The translations under genes were made by a program, and so were the position numbers. Source: Zancudomyces culisetae HAW-14-8 (lineage: Eukaryota > Fungi > Kickxellomycota). From it: a stretch of 64,000 nucleotides of DNA. Location of the stretch: contig JBNJNM010000006.1 of assembly GCA_052426225.1 (NCBI GenBank), positions 1,302,001 through 1,366,000 of the forward strand, read 5' to 3'. The notes under the pieces are model-generated. The model did not search any database and was not told where the DNA came from. It saw nothing but the letters and a program-made list of their open reading frames with translations. Positions 20,901 to 34,593 of this stretch are shown one piece after another. Each line of letters starts with the position of its first letter. The stretch's first letter is position 1.

Positions 20901-21323
20901 TTACGCGGATGGTGCTGGTGCTGGTGCGGGTGCTGATACTGGTGCTGATTCAGGTGCTGGTGCTGGTGCGGGTGCTGGTGCGGGTGCCGATACTGGTGCT
21001 GATTCAGGTGCAGGTGCAGGTGCAGGTGCTGGTGCTGATACTGGTGCCGATACTGGTGCTGGTGCAGACCCTTTAATTGGTACACATACTCGTCTATACT
21101 TTCCACCACCAATATGCTTGTGATAGCAGTAATGTCCTGGTAGTGAATTAACTTGTGCGTCTTGCATTACGTTTGGAGCATACTCGTCCTGGTAGTTCTC
21201 TGGAGAGTAATCATTGTTTTCTGCGATATCTTGATCGCAGTGGTTATTGCAATTGTAGTTGCTTCCTTGCTGGCTGGCAAAGGCAGTGACTGCAAGTATG
21301 GCTGAAATTATAACGGTCTTCAT
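20901..21323 (-). CDS. Small secreted protein with Pro/Ala-rich tail
   Basis: Signal peptide MKTVIISAILAVTAFA, four Cys, and (AP)n / APVS / APES repeats. Confidence 0.8.
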   Translation of the reverse strand: MKTVIISAILAVTAFASQQGSNYNCNNHCDQDIAENNDYSPENYQDEYAPNVMQDAQVNSLPGHYCYHKHIGGGKYRRVCVPIKGSAPAPVSAPVSAPAPAPAPAPESAPVSAPAPAPAPAPAPESAPVSAPAPAPAPSA

Positions 21324-22305
21324 TGTTTTTTGCTTTTTAAGTTTTAATTGTAACTTATTGAGATTGTGCTAGGGATTATCGAGTCTATTTTTTGAAGTTT
21401 AAACGTGGAAATTGGCTCCCCTTTTATAGTTTTCTTTGTACCTTATAAAGGAATTTTAAAAGTATAAAGCCTTATTTTATTTATATAAAAGCTAATAATT
21501 TCTTTCATAATTAATTGAGTCTAGATAGTTACTTTTAATTCAATATAGCATTCCAAAAACTAGAATACCTGAACTGTGGTGCAATTACTATTCATTAAAA
21601 ATTGAATTCCGAATATTAAATATTAGCTATATATTAATTAAAAGCAAAAAAGCTAATGAGCCAGCCCATATTTCATAAGCAGTTCCACAATTTATTGGCT
21701 ATTTCAAGCAAGTTGTTCCAATTGCTGTATGGTTTGGTGGTATTTTGGTATATCCTAAATCAACCACCCAATACAAAAACATGTATATCTAGTTAGAAAT
21801 ATTGTAGGTGAATTTATTTAAAAAAGCAAAGAACATTCTAAAGACGCCAACTTGATAAAATAGTTAATAGAGTTGGATTTGTCATTCCTCGTGGAGGAGG
21901 GGGAGGATGGGGGGAGGTATGTGAGTTGTTTGGATCATTAGTAATAACTTTTCTTATTTCTTACTTTTGAAGTGCTCGTTGGTTCATGAACGAATAGTTT
22001 ATCCAATGTAATGTATATCATACATCGAGTTTATCAGAGGAACAATGAAACACATACCAATACCATAAATAAAGGATCACTGGGCTACTATAGCTAATAC
22101 ATTCATATTCGAGCTACCATATTGTGCGGGTTACAGTGGCCAGTGTTACGGCTTATCCACAACGGTCGGAACTCCAGATTCAGTTTTGCTCAGCTAAGGT
22201 TTATTTAATAAGTCCTATTTGAACCCGCCAAAACAAAAAACAAAAAACAAAAAAAAAATAATGACTGGTAATGATTGAACCAAAAAAAAGTGTCGGAAAA
22301 AAAAA

Positions 22306-23925
22306 TCAGCCAGATCCAGAAGCGAACTTGAGGTTCTTTGAGGACCAGATATTCTCCTCACAGTCAATCCAGCCGCGATGCTTGGTATAATCAACCAATT
22401 GGTCGCCAGATGCGCCAACACCACACTTTCCACCCACTTTGGCCCAGTCATCGACATATTTGAAGCCATAGGTATCCCAGATTTCACAAAGAGCGTTGAC
22501 TAGAGTGGTAGCAAGCTCAGGAGTGTGACCAGGACCAGGAGTGATTCTGAGACGTTCTTCGGAAACAGATACGGTGGGGTAGTTGATGCTTTGGACATAT
22601 ATGTTGTACTTGGACAAAAGAACGTCAGAAGCAAGTTTAGCACCTTCGGCATTTCCAATCAAAACAGGAACGATATGAGAAGGATTTGGAATGACAGGAA
22701 TTCCCTCGGCAGCGAGGCGCTGCTTGAGGTGTCTTGTGTGAGTTTGTTGCAAGAAACGCTCTTTGCTGCTGGATTTAAGGTATTTGATGCTAGCAATGGC
22801 TCCAGCAGCTATAGTGGGCGGGATGGAGGTGGTGAAGATAAAGCCAGGAGCGTAGGAGCGCAGATAATCGATAAGACTTGCATTTGCAGCGACATAACCA
22901 CCGACAATACCAAAGGCTTTTCCTAGAGTACCAGTAATCATATCAACTTGGTCAAGGACGTTGGTGTCAGCGCCATCAAAGCCGTAGTGCTCAGCAACAC
23001 CAGCACCGGTACGGCCGTACATTCCAACGGCGTGAACTTCATCCAAGAAGGTGAGAGCACCATACTTTTTGGCGAGAGCACAGATCTGGGGAATGTGACC
23101 AACAGTTCCAGACATTGAGTAGACCGACTCAAAAGCGATGATTTTGGGGGTAGAGAGAGGATACTTTGACAGCAGCTCTTCCAAGTGGGCCAAATCGTTG
23201 TGTCTAAATATTTCTTTTTTAGCACGAGAATTTCTGACGCCCTGAATCATTGAGGCGTGATTCATTTGGTCAGAAAAATAAACTAGACCTGGCATTGCAG
23301 CGGCCAGAGTCGAAAGCGTGGCGTCGTTTGCCACAAAACACGATGAAAAAACGAGTGCTGCCTGCTTGTTGTGCAGAGCCGCGAGCTCGGCCTCTAGCTC
23401 CAGATGGAGCGCTGAGTTTCCTGCAATGTTTCGGGTTCCTCCAGCACCAGCGCCGTACGTGTCCAACGCCTCTCTCATTGCGTCAAGAACAACAGGATGT
23501 CCTGACATGCCCAAATAATCATTGCTACACCATACTTCTACCAAATTGTCCTTTTTGGATGTGTGGGCTCTGGGGTAGTTCTTGGCCAACCGATTGATGT
23601 TGTTAAAATACCGGTAGCTCTTATCCTCGTGCTTCTTTCTGAGCTTGGCCTCAATTACTCCATCGTAGTCATATCCTCCCGCGCCTGTAACTGGGCTTGT
23701 TGACGCCATTTGGCTGGCTGGAACTGCTGCCCCCATTACTGGACACTCTGCTGCCTTTTCCATAATTCCCTTTGGTCCTCCCGAAAATGGACACCCGGTA
23801 TCTTTTGCCTTCATTCCTGAGCTTGTGCTAACCGATCTGGTGATCATTTTTCCTAGCTCCACTGCCGGCATTTTTCGCAGGTATGGGCATGTTCCCTTGA
23901 ATGCTGAAAATACTAACTTATCCAT
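22306..23925 (-). CDS. HEM1: 5-aminolevulinate synthase, mitochondrial
   Basis: Motifs [29 protein letters not shown] and the PLP lysine in TGTLGKAFG. Three N-terminal CP heme-regulatory motifs (CPY, CPF, CPV). Confidence 0.97.
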   Translation of the reverse strand: MDKLVFSAFKGTCPYLRKMPAVELGKMITRSVSTSSGMKAKDTGCPFSGGPKGIMEKAAECPVMGAAVPASQMASTSPVTGAGGYDYDGVIEAKLRKKHEDKSYRYFNNINRLAKNYPRAHTSKKDNLVEVWCSNDYLGMSGHPVVLDAMREALDTYGAGAGGTRNIAGNSALHLELEAELAALHNKQAALVFSSCFVANDATLSTLAAAMPGLVYFSDQMNHASMIQGVRNSRAKKEIFRHNDLAHLEELLSKYPLSTPKIIAFESVYSMSGTVGHIPQICALAKKYGALTFLDEVHAVGMYGRTGAGVAEHYGFDGADTNVLDQVDMITGTLGKAFGIVGGYVAANASLIDYLRSYAPGFIFTTSIPPTIAAGAIASIKYLKSSSKERFLQQTHTRHLKQRLAAEGIPVIPNPSHIVPVLIGNAEGAKLASDVLLSKYNIYVQSINYPTVSVSEERLRITPGPGHTPELATTLVNALCEIWDTYGFKYVDDWAKVGGKCGVGASGDQLVDYTKHRGWIDCEENIWSSKNLKFASGSG

Positions 23926-26900
23926 TCTGTATCCTTTATTTTCTCTCTTTGCTTTGGTTCACAATTGTTTTTCTATTTCAAAGTTGAAAACATAGCGTCA
24001 GAATATATATCCCATAAGCTGTGTCATCGTTTTAACAAAATGAAAAACTCAAAAAAAGGAATCATTTCAGCACAGTATCCTTTGTCTGCTCACACTTTTG
24101 ATCTCCACCGCTTGTTGGTGTTCTAATCTTAAAAACTTCTTTTTGTCTCGTCGGTATGAGAAAAATAAAAACGGAAATCCATCACCGACTTCATCCCATT
24201 CCCCCCAACTTTTGCCATCTAATGACAAACACCAGTTATCTTAATCCACACCAGACATTTTTCCTTCTTTTTTGCCTAATCCTCATTTATCATTTGAGTG
24301 CACTAACATAAAGCCCAAGTAACAATATACTTACATTCTTGATTTTAACTATCCTTATTTCCCACGATCAAATTAAAAATAGCGCGGTTTTATTGCAATT
24401 TTTCAACCTGTCCTTTCGCTGTTGATTTTTCTTTGTATCCACACACACAAAAAAAGCACTACAAACTGTCTTTAATCCTAGATTTCGATTTTTAGCTTGC
24501 GATATCAAGGCGAAAATGGCAAATTGACTTTTTATATACTTTTTACAGAGTGGAAACCAAATCGAAAAATTTTTTTTTCATGTGTCATTCCAACCTCAAA
24601 CCCGAGATTTTCTTTGTATCTCACCAAACAGCTATCTTTTTTCCCCCTTGTAAAAATAAATTGGCCTGCAAAATGTATTTAAACCCTGATTTGCGCGTTT
24701 ATTACCTCTGATACTGATAGCCTTTATTATTTCGTTCTGTCAAATTTGCCATGGGTTTATTTTTCTTGCTTTTTTTCAATTTTCAAGTTATTTTATTGGT
24801 GAAATATAAATCTACAGCTTTACAAAACCGTACTTTGCATAGATCCTCTCATAAATTATTGATTTGCTATTTTTGCGCTTTTTATTAAGTGACACTTGGT
24901 AATTTGCTTATTTTTTCTATTCTGTTTACACATTAGTCATCTAAATTTCCCGCCTTCAGAAACCCGAGTTCATTAACAAACGAGAAGTTTTGTGGGTCAT
25001 GAGAATTCAACAAAGTCTGGAGGATAAGGATGTATTTTTGATTATTTTACGGAACTTGGATAAGGCACTGTTGTTAAAAGTTTTTGTTTCCACTCTTGGC
25101 CGATATATTTTCAGGTTTATCTCTACCAATTTCTAATTATACAAGTATATAGGCCCTAGTAAGCGGAACCCAGTTGTTTAGTATATTTTTTCCATGCTCA
25201 CGGCATTTGGGTTTCTTATTCCACACATTTCAGTTTTCACCAGAAGGACATGGTCAACTGGATTAAATAAAATTTAATAAATGCACACAACAAAACAGCC
25301 CTTAGTAGAATCCTTGATGAGAATCTGTATTTAGTCTTGTGGTTTAAAGACGTATTTTAGCTATTATTAATACACAATAGCTTGTTTTTTTAATGTATGG
25401 TTTCAGCTAGTTGGATTAATCTCGCAAATCCTGCTTTAGCAACTCTTTCCAGTTTTGGAAATATTATTGTCGCGTAGCATTTAGGTTTTTCCGTTCTACT
25501 ACAAATCGATGAATTACTTTTCACAGAGCTTTCGAAAAAACTAAAATATGTTTTTATCTCCAATCTCCTCCTCGTCATCCTCCTCCTCCTCCTCCTTCCC
25601 CTCCACCACCCCGATCCCCACCATTCACTTCTCTCCTCCACATTATTCATTCTTCCCTCATTCCATATTTTCTTACTTTGGTTTGCGGTTTTCGCTAATT
25701 TCCTATCGAATCGAAAGCGTGAAATCATCTGAATATAAAAGCACAATAGTATTTACACCAATCAACATTTTAGCCTCACTAGAATATACACTGAAAAATA
25801 GCAAACTGGATTTATCCATCCATATTAATCAATTATAACATCAACAGCATTTAAAATCGCAAATCAACTCGTAAATGTTAGTGAATGGAGGAACTATTTC
25901 ACCCCCTTATTCGCAGATGGGTAAAGGATGATAATATTTTGTCTTTCCGCCCTGCACTCGCTTTTTCCCTTCTAAACCCGATTTTACGGTTTTGGAATCC
26001 AAGTAACAATGTGTCACTATGCGAGAAAGTACTGAACACATCAACCTGACAGATTTGGTGTGTTTTATTCTTGTTAATTCTTTGTAACCTGGTTTTTAAG
26101 GGGGTGGTGAAAGGGAAATCCATTCCAAGGTAGCAAAGTGGTACACAAACCAAAATATACCATTTACTTGAAATGTGTATTTGCTCAAATAATGAAACTT
26201 CTGGCTTTTCAAAGCTGTTTTATTCCCACATCAATGCGATTTAAAAGAATGTGGGTTACATAAAAATAAGGCTGAATAAGAAGGTGGAATGGTGATCAAA
26301 TGTGATTGAATGCGTGACCTTGGATTTCCCTTTCTCAGGTATCAGCATACTCCTCCCTCCCACCCCCCCCCCCCTCACTCGCTCTTTATCACCCCTTTCA
26401 CCTGATTCAAGTCATTACACCCATTGTGATCACAAACAAGAACACAAGAAAATATACAACCTTTTTTTTTATTGTCATACTAGCAGCCAAAGCTGGCCTA
26501 TTTAAAACAAAGGATTGCAAAATACAACATTGAGTAGTGCAGTTCTGGTGATATTTCTGAATGGGGGAGTAAGATGGAGGGAAGGATGGTAAGGGCAAGT
26601 GGTGCTTTTTTTTTGAATATTAATAGTATTGTTTTGAAGTATATACCAAGCAAGAGCAAAACATATTTTGATGCTTTTTATATTTTTGGTATTAACTGAT
26701 TCAAGACTCCAGAAATGGCACTTCCTAATTACCACTAAAAAAAAATGTAGAGAGATATACCAGCATTGCGAGTTACGACAAACTAACCAACCAAAGCTGA
26801 TGTGACTTTATAAAATAGCATTTCCAAGAACTTGTAGGTGTAGACTTTGTATCTATTGTGTATGGTTATTAAAAAGTTAATGTATACATTATGAATCTCA

Positions 26901-28163
26901 ATTTCAGTGTCCAAAACAAAAGTTGCCAAAGTGTAAATCCTTATGTATTTTATTCATGCATTAATTGATCTCTTTTCGTTCGAATTATTGAAAGAATTTC
27001 AATTGTATTTTAATAAATGGCTATGAATAGTGCGCTGAACGTTTTCAATGAGGCTGCATAATTACCCGTGTGGGATAGAGGGAAGAGAGGGAGGAAGGGA
27101 GGATAGAGAAGAAAAATACATCCATACTCAAGCAAATTAATGATGATTGTATTATCCGAGTTGATGGAGGGTGGTTAAGGTTATTCAATATGTACAACAT
27201 GATTAAGGTAAACAGAGATAAAGATAAATAAAAAACCATGTTGTGATAACTATCATGATACTTACAAGCAACCGAAAATACAACAGGAGAATAAAGCTAT
27301 GACTGGAACAAGTGCAAAGTATAGAAAAATACGAGATCAAAGCGTGATAGCACATGGTTAAAGAAAAAGTCATCATTATGCGGATATAAATAATTAGATT
27401 TTGTTTAAGTGTTTAAATGTTCAGATGTTTAATTGTCATGAATGTTTGTAAAATGATGAAAATAAAGTGAATCGAAAACATTGTCGCAGTTAAATGAAAT
27501 GATATTAACCAAGACATAGTTTTATTTCGGCTTAAAATAAAGAGATTTAACAAGAAACAAAGCGAATGGTGAAAAGTGAAAAGTGAATATAACATTGATA
27601 TTGATAGTGATCGTTGAGTTCAAAACTGGTATTAAGATGTAATATATTTTTGATTTATTAGTGTATTTATGCTTTGTAATTTTTTATTGGGAGGTCAGGT
27701 AAGATAGGGAGTAGAGCTGATAGGGAGATGAAAGAAAGGAAATAACGTGAGATGATTTGGGAATGTAAAAAGGGATGCACCTATCAAAACAAATAGATAA
27801 AAACTAGAAAGAGCTAAAATGTCTAGCTGCAATTAAAAGTGTATTTTAATTAAGCATTGGTAATAATCTTGAAAGTGTAGATTTTATGTGCAAAAAGTCA
27901 TTCGAGCTATAGATTTGCAAATCCCGAGACAAACTAAACAACGACCGGAATTTGGAAAAGAAAAAGACTAACAGTATATACAATATACATATTATATACA
28001 TCTCGGTGTTAAGAAAGGGAAATTGAACAAGTTCGCTGAAAAAGAAATAAAGAACTAGAGATAATTTGGAAAATTTTAAATTTTGCCAAGACTTTGAAAA
28101 AGGAGTATAAAACAAACAAATAAATAAATAAATAAACAGGAGCTTTGAGGCTTGAGGAAAGAA

Positions 28164-31100
28164 ATGCTTCGAAACATAATTAAAGGATCGAGAATTGACA
28201 AGGCGGGAAGGCTGAAGGCGGTGTTGGGGACGACTTCGAATTTCAGAAGTGGTGGGGGCGGTATGTTGGTGGTGTGGAAAATGAATGAGGGGATTGGTGG
28301 CAAAACACAATTGAGAAATCTAAGCCAAACCAAAAGGCTTGGGTTTACTCATAACCTTTTGCTGAGAAAAGATGAGCAGGAGAAGAATAAAAAGGCAAAT
28401 GAGGAAAAAGAAAAGGAAGAGGAAGAGGAAAAAGAAGAGGGTGTGGAAAAGGTAAAAGAAAAGGTAAAAGAAAAGGAAGAGAAAATACAAGAAGAAAAGG
28501 AAAGGGAAACTAAAGAAATTGAACACGAAAGCAAAGCCGAACAAAAGATGGAAAAGCAAGTGGTGAAGGAAGAAAAGATGGAAAAGGAAAAGGAAAAGGA
28601 AAAAGAGGAAGAAGAGGAGGGGGAAGGGGAGAGAAGTTTATCGAAATTCCGAGAGAGGGGACGCACAGTAGCTGATCAGATAAAAGAGACAATGGGGTTA
28701 ACAGATGCCAAAATGGAAGTGCCAAAAGTATACCCACGAGTGTTTGTGCTTCCAATTTCTAAACGGCCATTGTTTCCAGGCTTCTATAAGGCGGTGGTGA
28801 TCAAGGATCCCAAGGTAATAGCAATGATCAAGGAGTTACTAAAAATCGGCGAGCCATATGTTGGGGCGTTTATGCTTCGAGAGGAAGAGGCTGATGTGGA
28901 TCACATTGATGATGTAAAGAAAGTGTATGACGTAGGGGTGTTTGCACAGATAACATCGGTTTTCCCTAGCTCAATGCAGGAGGAGGATAGTTTGACAGTG
29001 GTTCTTTATTCACATGCGAGGATTAAAATCGAAGAGATGACAAGTGAGGTGGAACCCAACCAAGAAGAAGGTAAGTATATCAAAATTATATATATAAAAA
29101 ACACAAAAGATAAGAAATAAAGACAAGATAAAAAAAAAACAATAGAAGTGGAAAAGAGTCAACAAAAGGTAATGAAAGAATTGGAGGAGAGGGGAATGTT
29201 GGCAGGAAAAGTAACACGGATCGAGGCAAAGCCAATACCCAAGAAGAATCAAGTGGTAAAGGCACTAGCATCCGAGATAGTGTCGATATTCAAGGAGATA
29301 TCTACGCTAAACGCATTATTCAGAGACCAAATAGCAAGTTTTTCAATGTCACAGTCAGCGGGAAACGTGTTTGAAGATCCAGGGAGGTTAGCGGATTTTG
29401 CAGCAGCAGTGTCGAGTGGGGAGGCAAAGGAGTTGCAAGAAATATTGGAGGAGGAAGAGGTGGAGAAGCGGATGGAGAAGGCACACTTGGTACTGAAGAA
29501 GGAGCTTATGAATGCGCAGCTACAAAACAAGATTAGCAAGGATGTGGAGGCCAAGATAGCAAAGCGACAGCGAGAGTATTATCTGATGGAGCAGCTGAAG
29601 GGAATCAAGAGAGAATTGGGATTGGAAAGCGATGGGAAGGACAAGATGGTTGAAGCATTTAAGGGGAAAGTCAAGGATCTAAAGATGCCAGAAGAGGTGA
29701 AAAAGGTATTTGATGAAGAAATACAGAAGCTGATGCATTTAGAACCGGCAGCGTCAGAGTTTAATGTAACGCGAAACTATTTGGAGTGGCTGACAAACAT
29801 TCCGTGGGGCAAGAGTTCGGAGGAAAACTTTGACATTGCGCATGCGAAGAAGGTGCTGGACGAGGACCACTACGGGCTGGAGGATGTGAAGGACCGGATT
29901 CTGGAGTTTATTGCGGTGGGAAAGTTGCGGGGACAGGTGCAGGGCAAGGTTCTGTGTTTTGTAGGGCCACCAGGAGTAGGGAAAACGTCGATAGGCAAGA
30001 GCATAGCGCGGTCGCTGAACCGCGAATTCTATAGGTTCAGTGTTGGAGGTTTAGCAGACGTCGCCGAGATCAAAGGCCACCGCCGCACATACGTTGGGGC
30101 CATGCCAGGCAAGGTTGTTCAGGCGCTGAAGAAGACAGGCAGCAAAAACCCGCTGGTGTTGATCGATGAAATCGACAAGCTGGGCCGCGGCAGCCAGGGC
30201 GACCCGGCGTCGGCGCTGCTGGAGCTGCTGGATCCAGAGCAGAACGGATCGTTTGTTGACCACTACCTCGACGTTCCACTCGACCTATCACGCGTGCTGT
30301 TTGTGTGCACAGCCAATGTGATTGACACAATCCCTGGCCCGCTACTCGACCGCATGGAGCTTATTCGGCTGAGCGGCTATCTCAGTGCCGAAAAGGAAGC
30401 GATTGCTACACAGTACTTGATTCCTACGGCTAAGAAAGCAGCTGGTCTTGACTCTAGCAACATTTCTATTACCACCGATGCTCTCCAAACGCTAATTAAA
30501 AACTACTGTCGCGAAAGTGGCGTGCGAAACCTCAAAAAACATATTGAAAAAATCTACCGCAAATGCGCGCTCCAAGTCATCACACAGGGCGTGGTTGTCG
30601 AGCCCCAGCCCCCAAGCTCGTCGCTGCTTGTTTCGCCCGACTACTCGCTGCAGGTCGGCCCAGACAATCTGCGAGACTATGTTGGCCCACCCATGTTCAC
30701 CTCCGACAGACTATATTCGCAGCCTCCAATTGGCGTAGTCATGGGTCTGGCCTGGACCAGCATGGGCGGCTCGGCTCTGTACATCGAATCCATCGTCAAG
30801 GATAAAGTCACATCCAACAACGACGAATTCAAGGGCAAGATTGTGGTGTCTGGAAAACTCGGCCAGGTCATGCAGGAATCTGCCAATCTTGCCTATACCT
30901 ATGCCATTGTCTACCTGTCGCAAAACCATCCCCAGAACAAATTCTTCAAGTCTGCCGGCATCCACCTACACGTTCCCGAAGGCGCCACTCCCAAGGACGG
31001 CCCAAGCGCTGGCATCACCATGACCACCTCGCTGCTCAGTCTGGCCCTCAACAAGCACGTCCGCTCCGATGTTGCTATGACTGGCGAACTTACCCTCACT

Positions 31101-31286
31101 GGAAAAGTCCTCAAAATCGGTGGCCTCAAAGAAAAAATCATTGCCGCCCGCCGCTCTGGAATCAAGCGCGTCATCTTCCCCAAAGACAACCTCAGCGATT
31201 GGTTGGATCTGCCTCAAAACATAACGGATGGTATCGAAGGCTGTGCTGTTGACTACTACTCTGAGGTCCCACCACTTGTTTTTTAA
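28164..31286 (+). CDS. PIM1: Mitochondrial Lon protease; exons 28164-29070 and 29146-31286
   Basis: LON N domain RPLFPGFYK, Walker A GPPGVGKTS, DEIDK, catalytic PKDGPSAG and KIGGLKEK. A GTAAGT...AATAG intron at 29071-29145 restores the frame. Confidence 0.96.
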
Positions 31287-31309
31287 TCTAATCTAACCCT
31301 TTTTACTTT

Positions 31310-33751
31310 TCATTCGAATTCATATTTCAAGTCCAACAGTGGCTTTTTACTCTCTATTTTTCCTCCATTACTATCTTCTTTTTTATCCTTTCTTACCAGC
31401 TTTGTACTGTTATTATTACCTTTACTACTGTTGCTAGAGCTTGTGTCACTCAACCTAATTTTATTAAATTCTAACTCTTCAAAATCCAGCTGAATGAATG
31501 GCTTTTGCATTCCTCCTCCCATCTTGGGTCCTGTTGATACCTTGGCCTTGTGTTGCTCCTGTAACAACGACCCCTTAGTAAACATCTCTGCCTTTTCCTG
31601 CTCCCCAACTAAATACCTCTCTACTGCCTGGCTGTAGTTGTTGTTTTTTACTCTTCTTTGATCCCCTACTCCTCCTCCTACTCCTCCTCCTAATCCTACT
31701 CCTAATCCTCCTAATCCTCCTAATCCTCCTAATCCTCCTCCTCCTCTTGCTGTTGTTTTTGACTCATTCTTCGCTTTACTTGCTAAAAGTGATCCTGGAA
31801 TAAAGCTCTCCTCTTCCCTATACCTCTCCTCCTGTATTTTTCTTACTTCTTCCGCCTTTACTATATTCTTCCGCTTTTCATCAAAAAGCCTTGAGTTTAT
31901 CAACAACTTGCTGCTTTTCCCAAACATCTCCTCATCCTTTTCATTTTGTTCTCTTTTTTTTTCGATTTTTTTACTCGGTACTTTTTGGATTTTTCCTCCA
32001 TATTTACTCATATCAAACGCCCCGATATCGTTCTCTTTTACTCTACCTCCCTGTCTCTCCAATATATTCTTTATATCTCCCACATCAACTACACCCTTTT
32101 GTCTTTGCCTCTCTATTCCCAACCCATAACTTTTACCTCCTCTTCCTTCCATTCCTGTAATTTTACTAATATCCACCAATGGATTCTCTATTCTCTCCCG
32201 CCTCCCTCCCATCTCCGCACCATAACCATTCTCAACTTCATTTATATCACTTTCCTCAGCTTGATGCATAGCGCTATTCAAATATTTCACCAACATCACT
32301 TGACTTTTACTATCATATATTGCTTTGATCCACTCTACGCTCTCTTGTGCCGTTTCCACATTAAACTCTTTTACATAATCTTCTTCTGGTTTTTCGTACA
32401 TGGTAATTGACAACTCGGACTTTAAACAAAACCCATACCCTGTTGCCATCCCCTTTCTCTGTTGATATATCTCCCCCACATCAAAATTCTCCAATCCCTT
32501 GTACACACTCTTCACTCCCTTTTTGTTTTGATAAATCACATTGTTCTCTAAAATAAAATCTCCTTTAACCCACTTTCCCTTGGGCCCCTTATAATACAGT
32601 TCCCCTTCGAATACTATATCTCCCTTTTTCACCTGCTCCAGCTCCAATATTTCTCCCCCTTCATGCTTTTTTGCCACCAAGTAGTTTCCTTCTCTGTTTT
32701 CAAATCTTTCAACCACCTGTCCTACTTTTTCCCAATTTCGCAACACCCTCTCTATCCCATACTTACCTGTCCGCTCATAAAGTACGCAATTTTCCTGCTT
32801 TACAATTCCAACTCGACACATTTCTTGAACAAGCTGTCCACTAGTCGTATCTTGGGCCACTGCAACGTTGTAGTACTTTTTTTCATCTCCAATGTATACC
32901 CTAAAGTCACATCGAACTCTTTCCCTGACTTTTCTTCTCAGTTGTTCGTCTGTCCTCTTATCTCCACTATTCTCTCTACCCCACATCGTTCCCACTGTTT
33001 CTGCTGCTTCTTCTATATTATTTTCTCTCACAAGATCCCCGTTCTCCTCCAACTTTATTTCAAAAATTATTTGTGAAATTTCTGCTCCTATATCCTTTTC
33101 CTTAACACCTTCAAGCTCCTTAACCACCTCTGCTACCTCCCCGCTCTTCAACCTTCTTTTTACAAATTCACTCCTCATTTTTTCATCCTTTTCTTCCTCC
33201 TTTGCCAACATAAGCTTGATATTTATTGTCGGCTTTTTCTTTTCAATCCTCCGCTCCATACTTCTTTCATAGACAAAGTCACTTTTACTGCCTCCTGTAG
33301 CTGACCTCATCAGTTTTTCGCTTATTTCTTTAAAAAATAACATCTCACCACCATTCGTTGAGTTAGTTATATCGTATTTTTCCACACTAGCTTCCTTCTC
33401 AACCGGCTTTGGATCCCGAGATTCACCCCGGTCTTCTCTCTTCGTTGTCAGCTTTCTTCTAATTTGCGATAATGGAAGTTCTGAGTCTGAATCGGAGTCT
33501 TGGTTTTCCATTCGTCTTTGAGAGATACTTTCGTTTGTTGAAGATATATTTACTACACTGTTCCTACTTGATAGATTCTTGGTACTTATTAGTACATTTA
33601 ATGGCATATCTTCTGAATCCGAATATTCTGCTTTCATCTTCTCAAGCGATTTTTCTTTCTCTGACATTACCGATTTGTATACAGATAGATTTAACATTTC
33701 CTGTTCATTCCCGCCAGCCGGGTTGTCAATATTTCGATTTTCCGACCACAT
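31310..33751 (-). CDS. Ras-association + PH domain adaptor-like protein
   Basis: RA-like segment (FRVYI...LYE...GIERVLRNWE) followed by a PH-like segment (GELYYK...KWVK...FCLK...EWIKAI). Repeated C-terminal FxxGSLL motif. Confidence 0.75.
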   Translation of the reverse strand: MWSENRNIDNPAGGNEQEMLNLSVYKSVMSEKEKSLEKMKAEYSDSEDMPLNVLISTKNLSSRNSVVNISSTNESISQRRMENQDSDSDSELPLSQIRRKLTTKREDRGESRDPKPVEKEASVEKYDITNSTNGGEMLFFKEISEKLMRSATGGSKSDFVYERSMERRIEKKKPTINIKLMLAKEEEKDEKMRSEFVKRRLKSGEVAEVVKELEGVKEKDIGAEISQIIFEIKLEENGDLVRENNIEEAAETVGTMWGRENSGDKRTDEQLRRKVRERVRCDFRVYIGDEKKYYNVAVAQDTTSGQLVQEMCRVGIVKQENCVLYERTGKYGIERVLRNWEKVGQVVERFENREGNYLVAKKHEGGEILELEQVKKGDIVFEGELYYKGPKGKWVKGDFILENNVIYQNKKGVKSVYKGLENFDVGEIYQQRKGMATGYGFCLKSELSITMYEKPEEDYVKEFNVETAQESVEWIKAIYDSKSQVMLVKYLNSAMHQAEESDINEVENGYGAEMGGRRERIENPLVDISKITGMEGRGGKSYGLGIERQRQKGVVDVGDIKNILERQGGRVKENDIGAFDMSKYGGKIQKVPSKKIEKKREQNEKDEEMFGKSSKLLINSRLFDEKRKNIVKAEEVRKIQEERYREEESFIPGSLLASKAKNESKTTARGGGGLGGLGGLGGLGVGLGGGVGGGVGDQRRVKNNNYSQAVERYLVGEQEKAEMFTKGSLLQEQHKAKVSTGPKMGGGMQKPFIQLDFEELEFNKIRLSDTSSSNSSKGNNNSTKLVRKDKKEDSNGGKIESKKPLLDLKYEFE

Positions 33752-34558
33752 TTTTACTCCTATAGCAATATATTCGCTCGTTTCTTAATCCGTTTAAACT
33801 ATAACTTTTGCTTTTTTATTTTCAGTTTGGTTCTGAAAACTTTTGAAGCTTACAATATGTTGTATAAACGTAAAGTCTGCTCATATAACAAAAGCAAAGT
33901 ACAGAGAATATCATTTTTTCTATATTTCGTTTCACTTGGTTCTATTTCTTTAAAACTGCATACTGCGAACTGCGAACTGCAATAGGTTATGATCTAAAAT
34001 AAACTTTTTAATTGCGGTGATTTTTTTTTTGTATTGTTAAAAAAGTAATTCAGCAATAATTTATGGTTTCTGTGGTACAGAATCAAATAAAATTGAGATG
34101 GGAACAATCACTATTGATATTGACATGACCCAGAGTTATTAATTGCACTCCCCCCCTCCCTCCCTCCCTCCCTCCCTCTTCTTTTTTCATGTTTTCTCTC
34201 CATTCCTCATCTGTTTTCCTTATTGTTGTTTTGAGTTTGCATAGGTCTCACCCATTCATTTTTGTATTGTTTTAGCCATTGGGATATTTTTTTTGTAGTT
34301 TTGATAGGTTTCATTTGGTAAAAACATTCGGGAATCGAATTATTAAAAAGTCTCAAACCCCATTACCAAATGAATTCCTGCTAATATTCACGGTAATTAA
34401 CATGTTGTTCGGGTTGTTTAACCCTACTCATCCCTTTCAAAACCCACTTGTATAGAGGATAAATGGCTCACCAGTTTTCTCATCTGCACCTTTTTTTTAC
34501 AAATAAGCTAAACCGCATTTTACACAATCCATCTTAATGCCACCTCTCATGTTGGCTA

Positions 34559-34593
<35 letters not shown>
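34559..34593 (+). repeat. (TTAG)8 microsatellite
   Basis: Perfect tetranucleotide run. Confidence 0.95.

Noticed and set aside
34559-34593. (TTAG)n as an interstitial telomere
   Set aside because: Lacks the G-run of TTAGGG-type repeats; an ordinary microsatellite.
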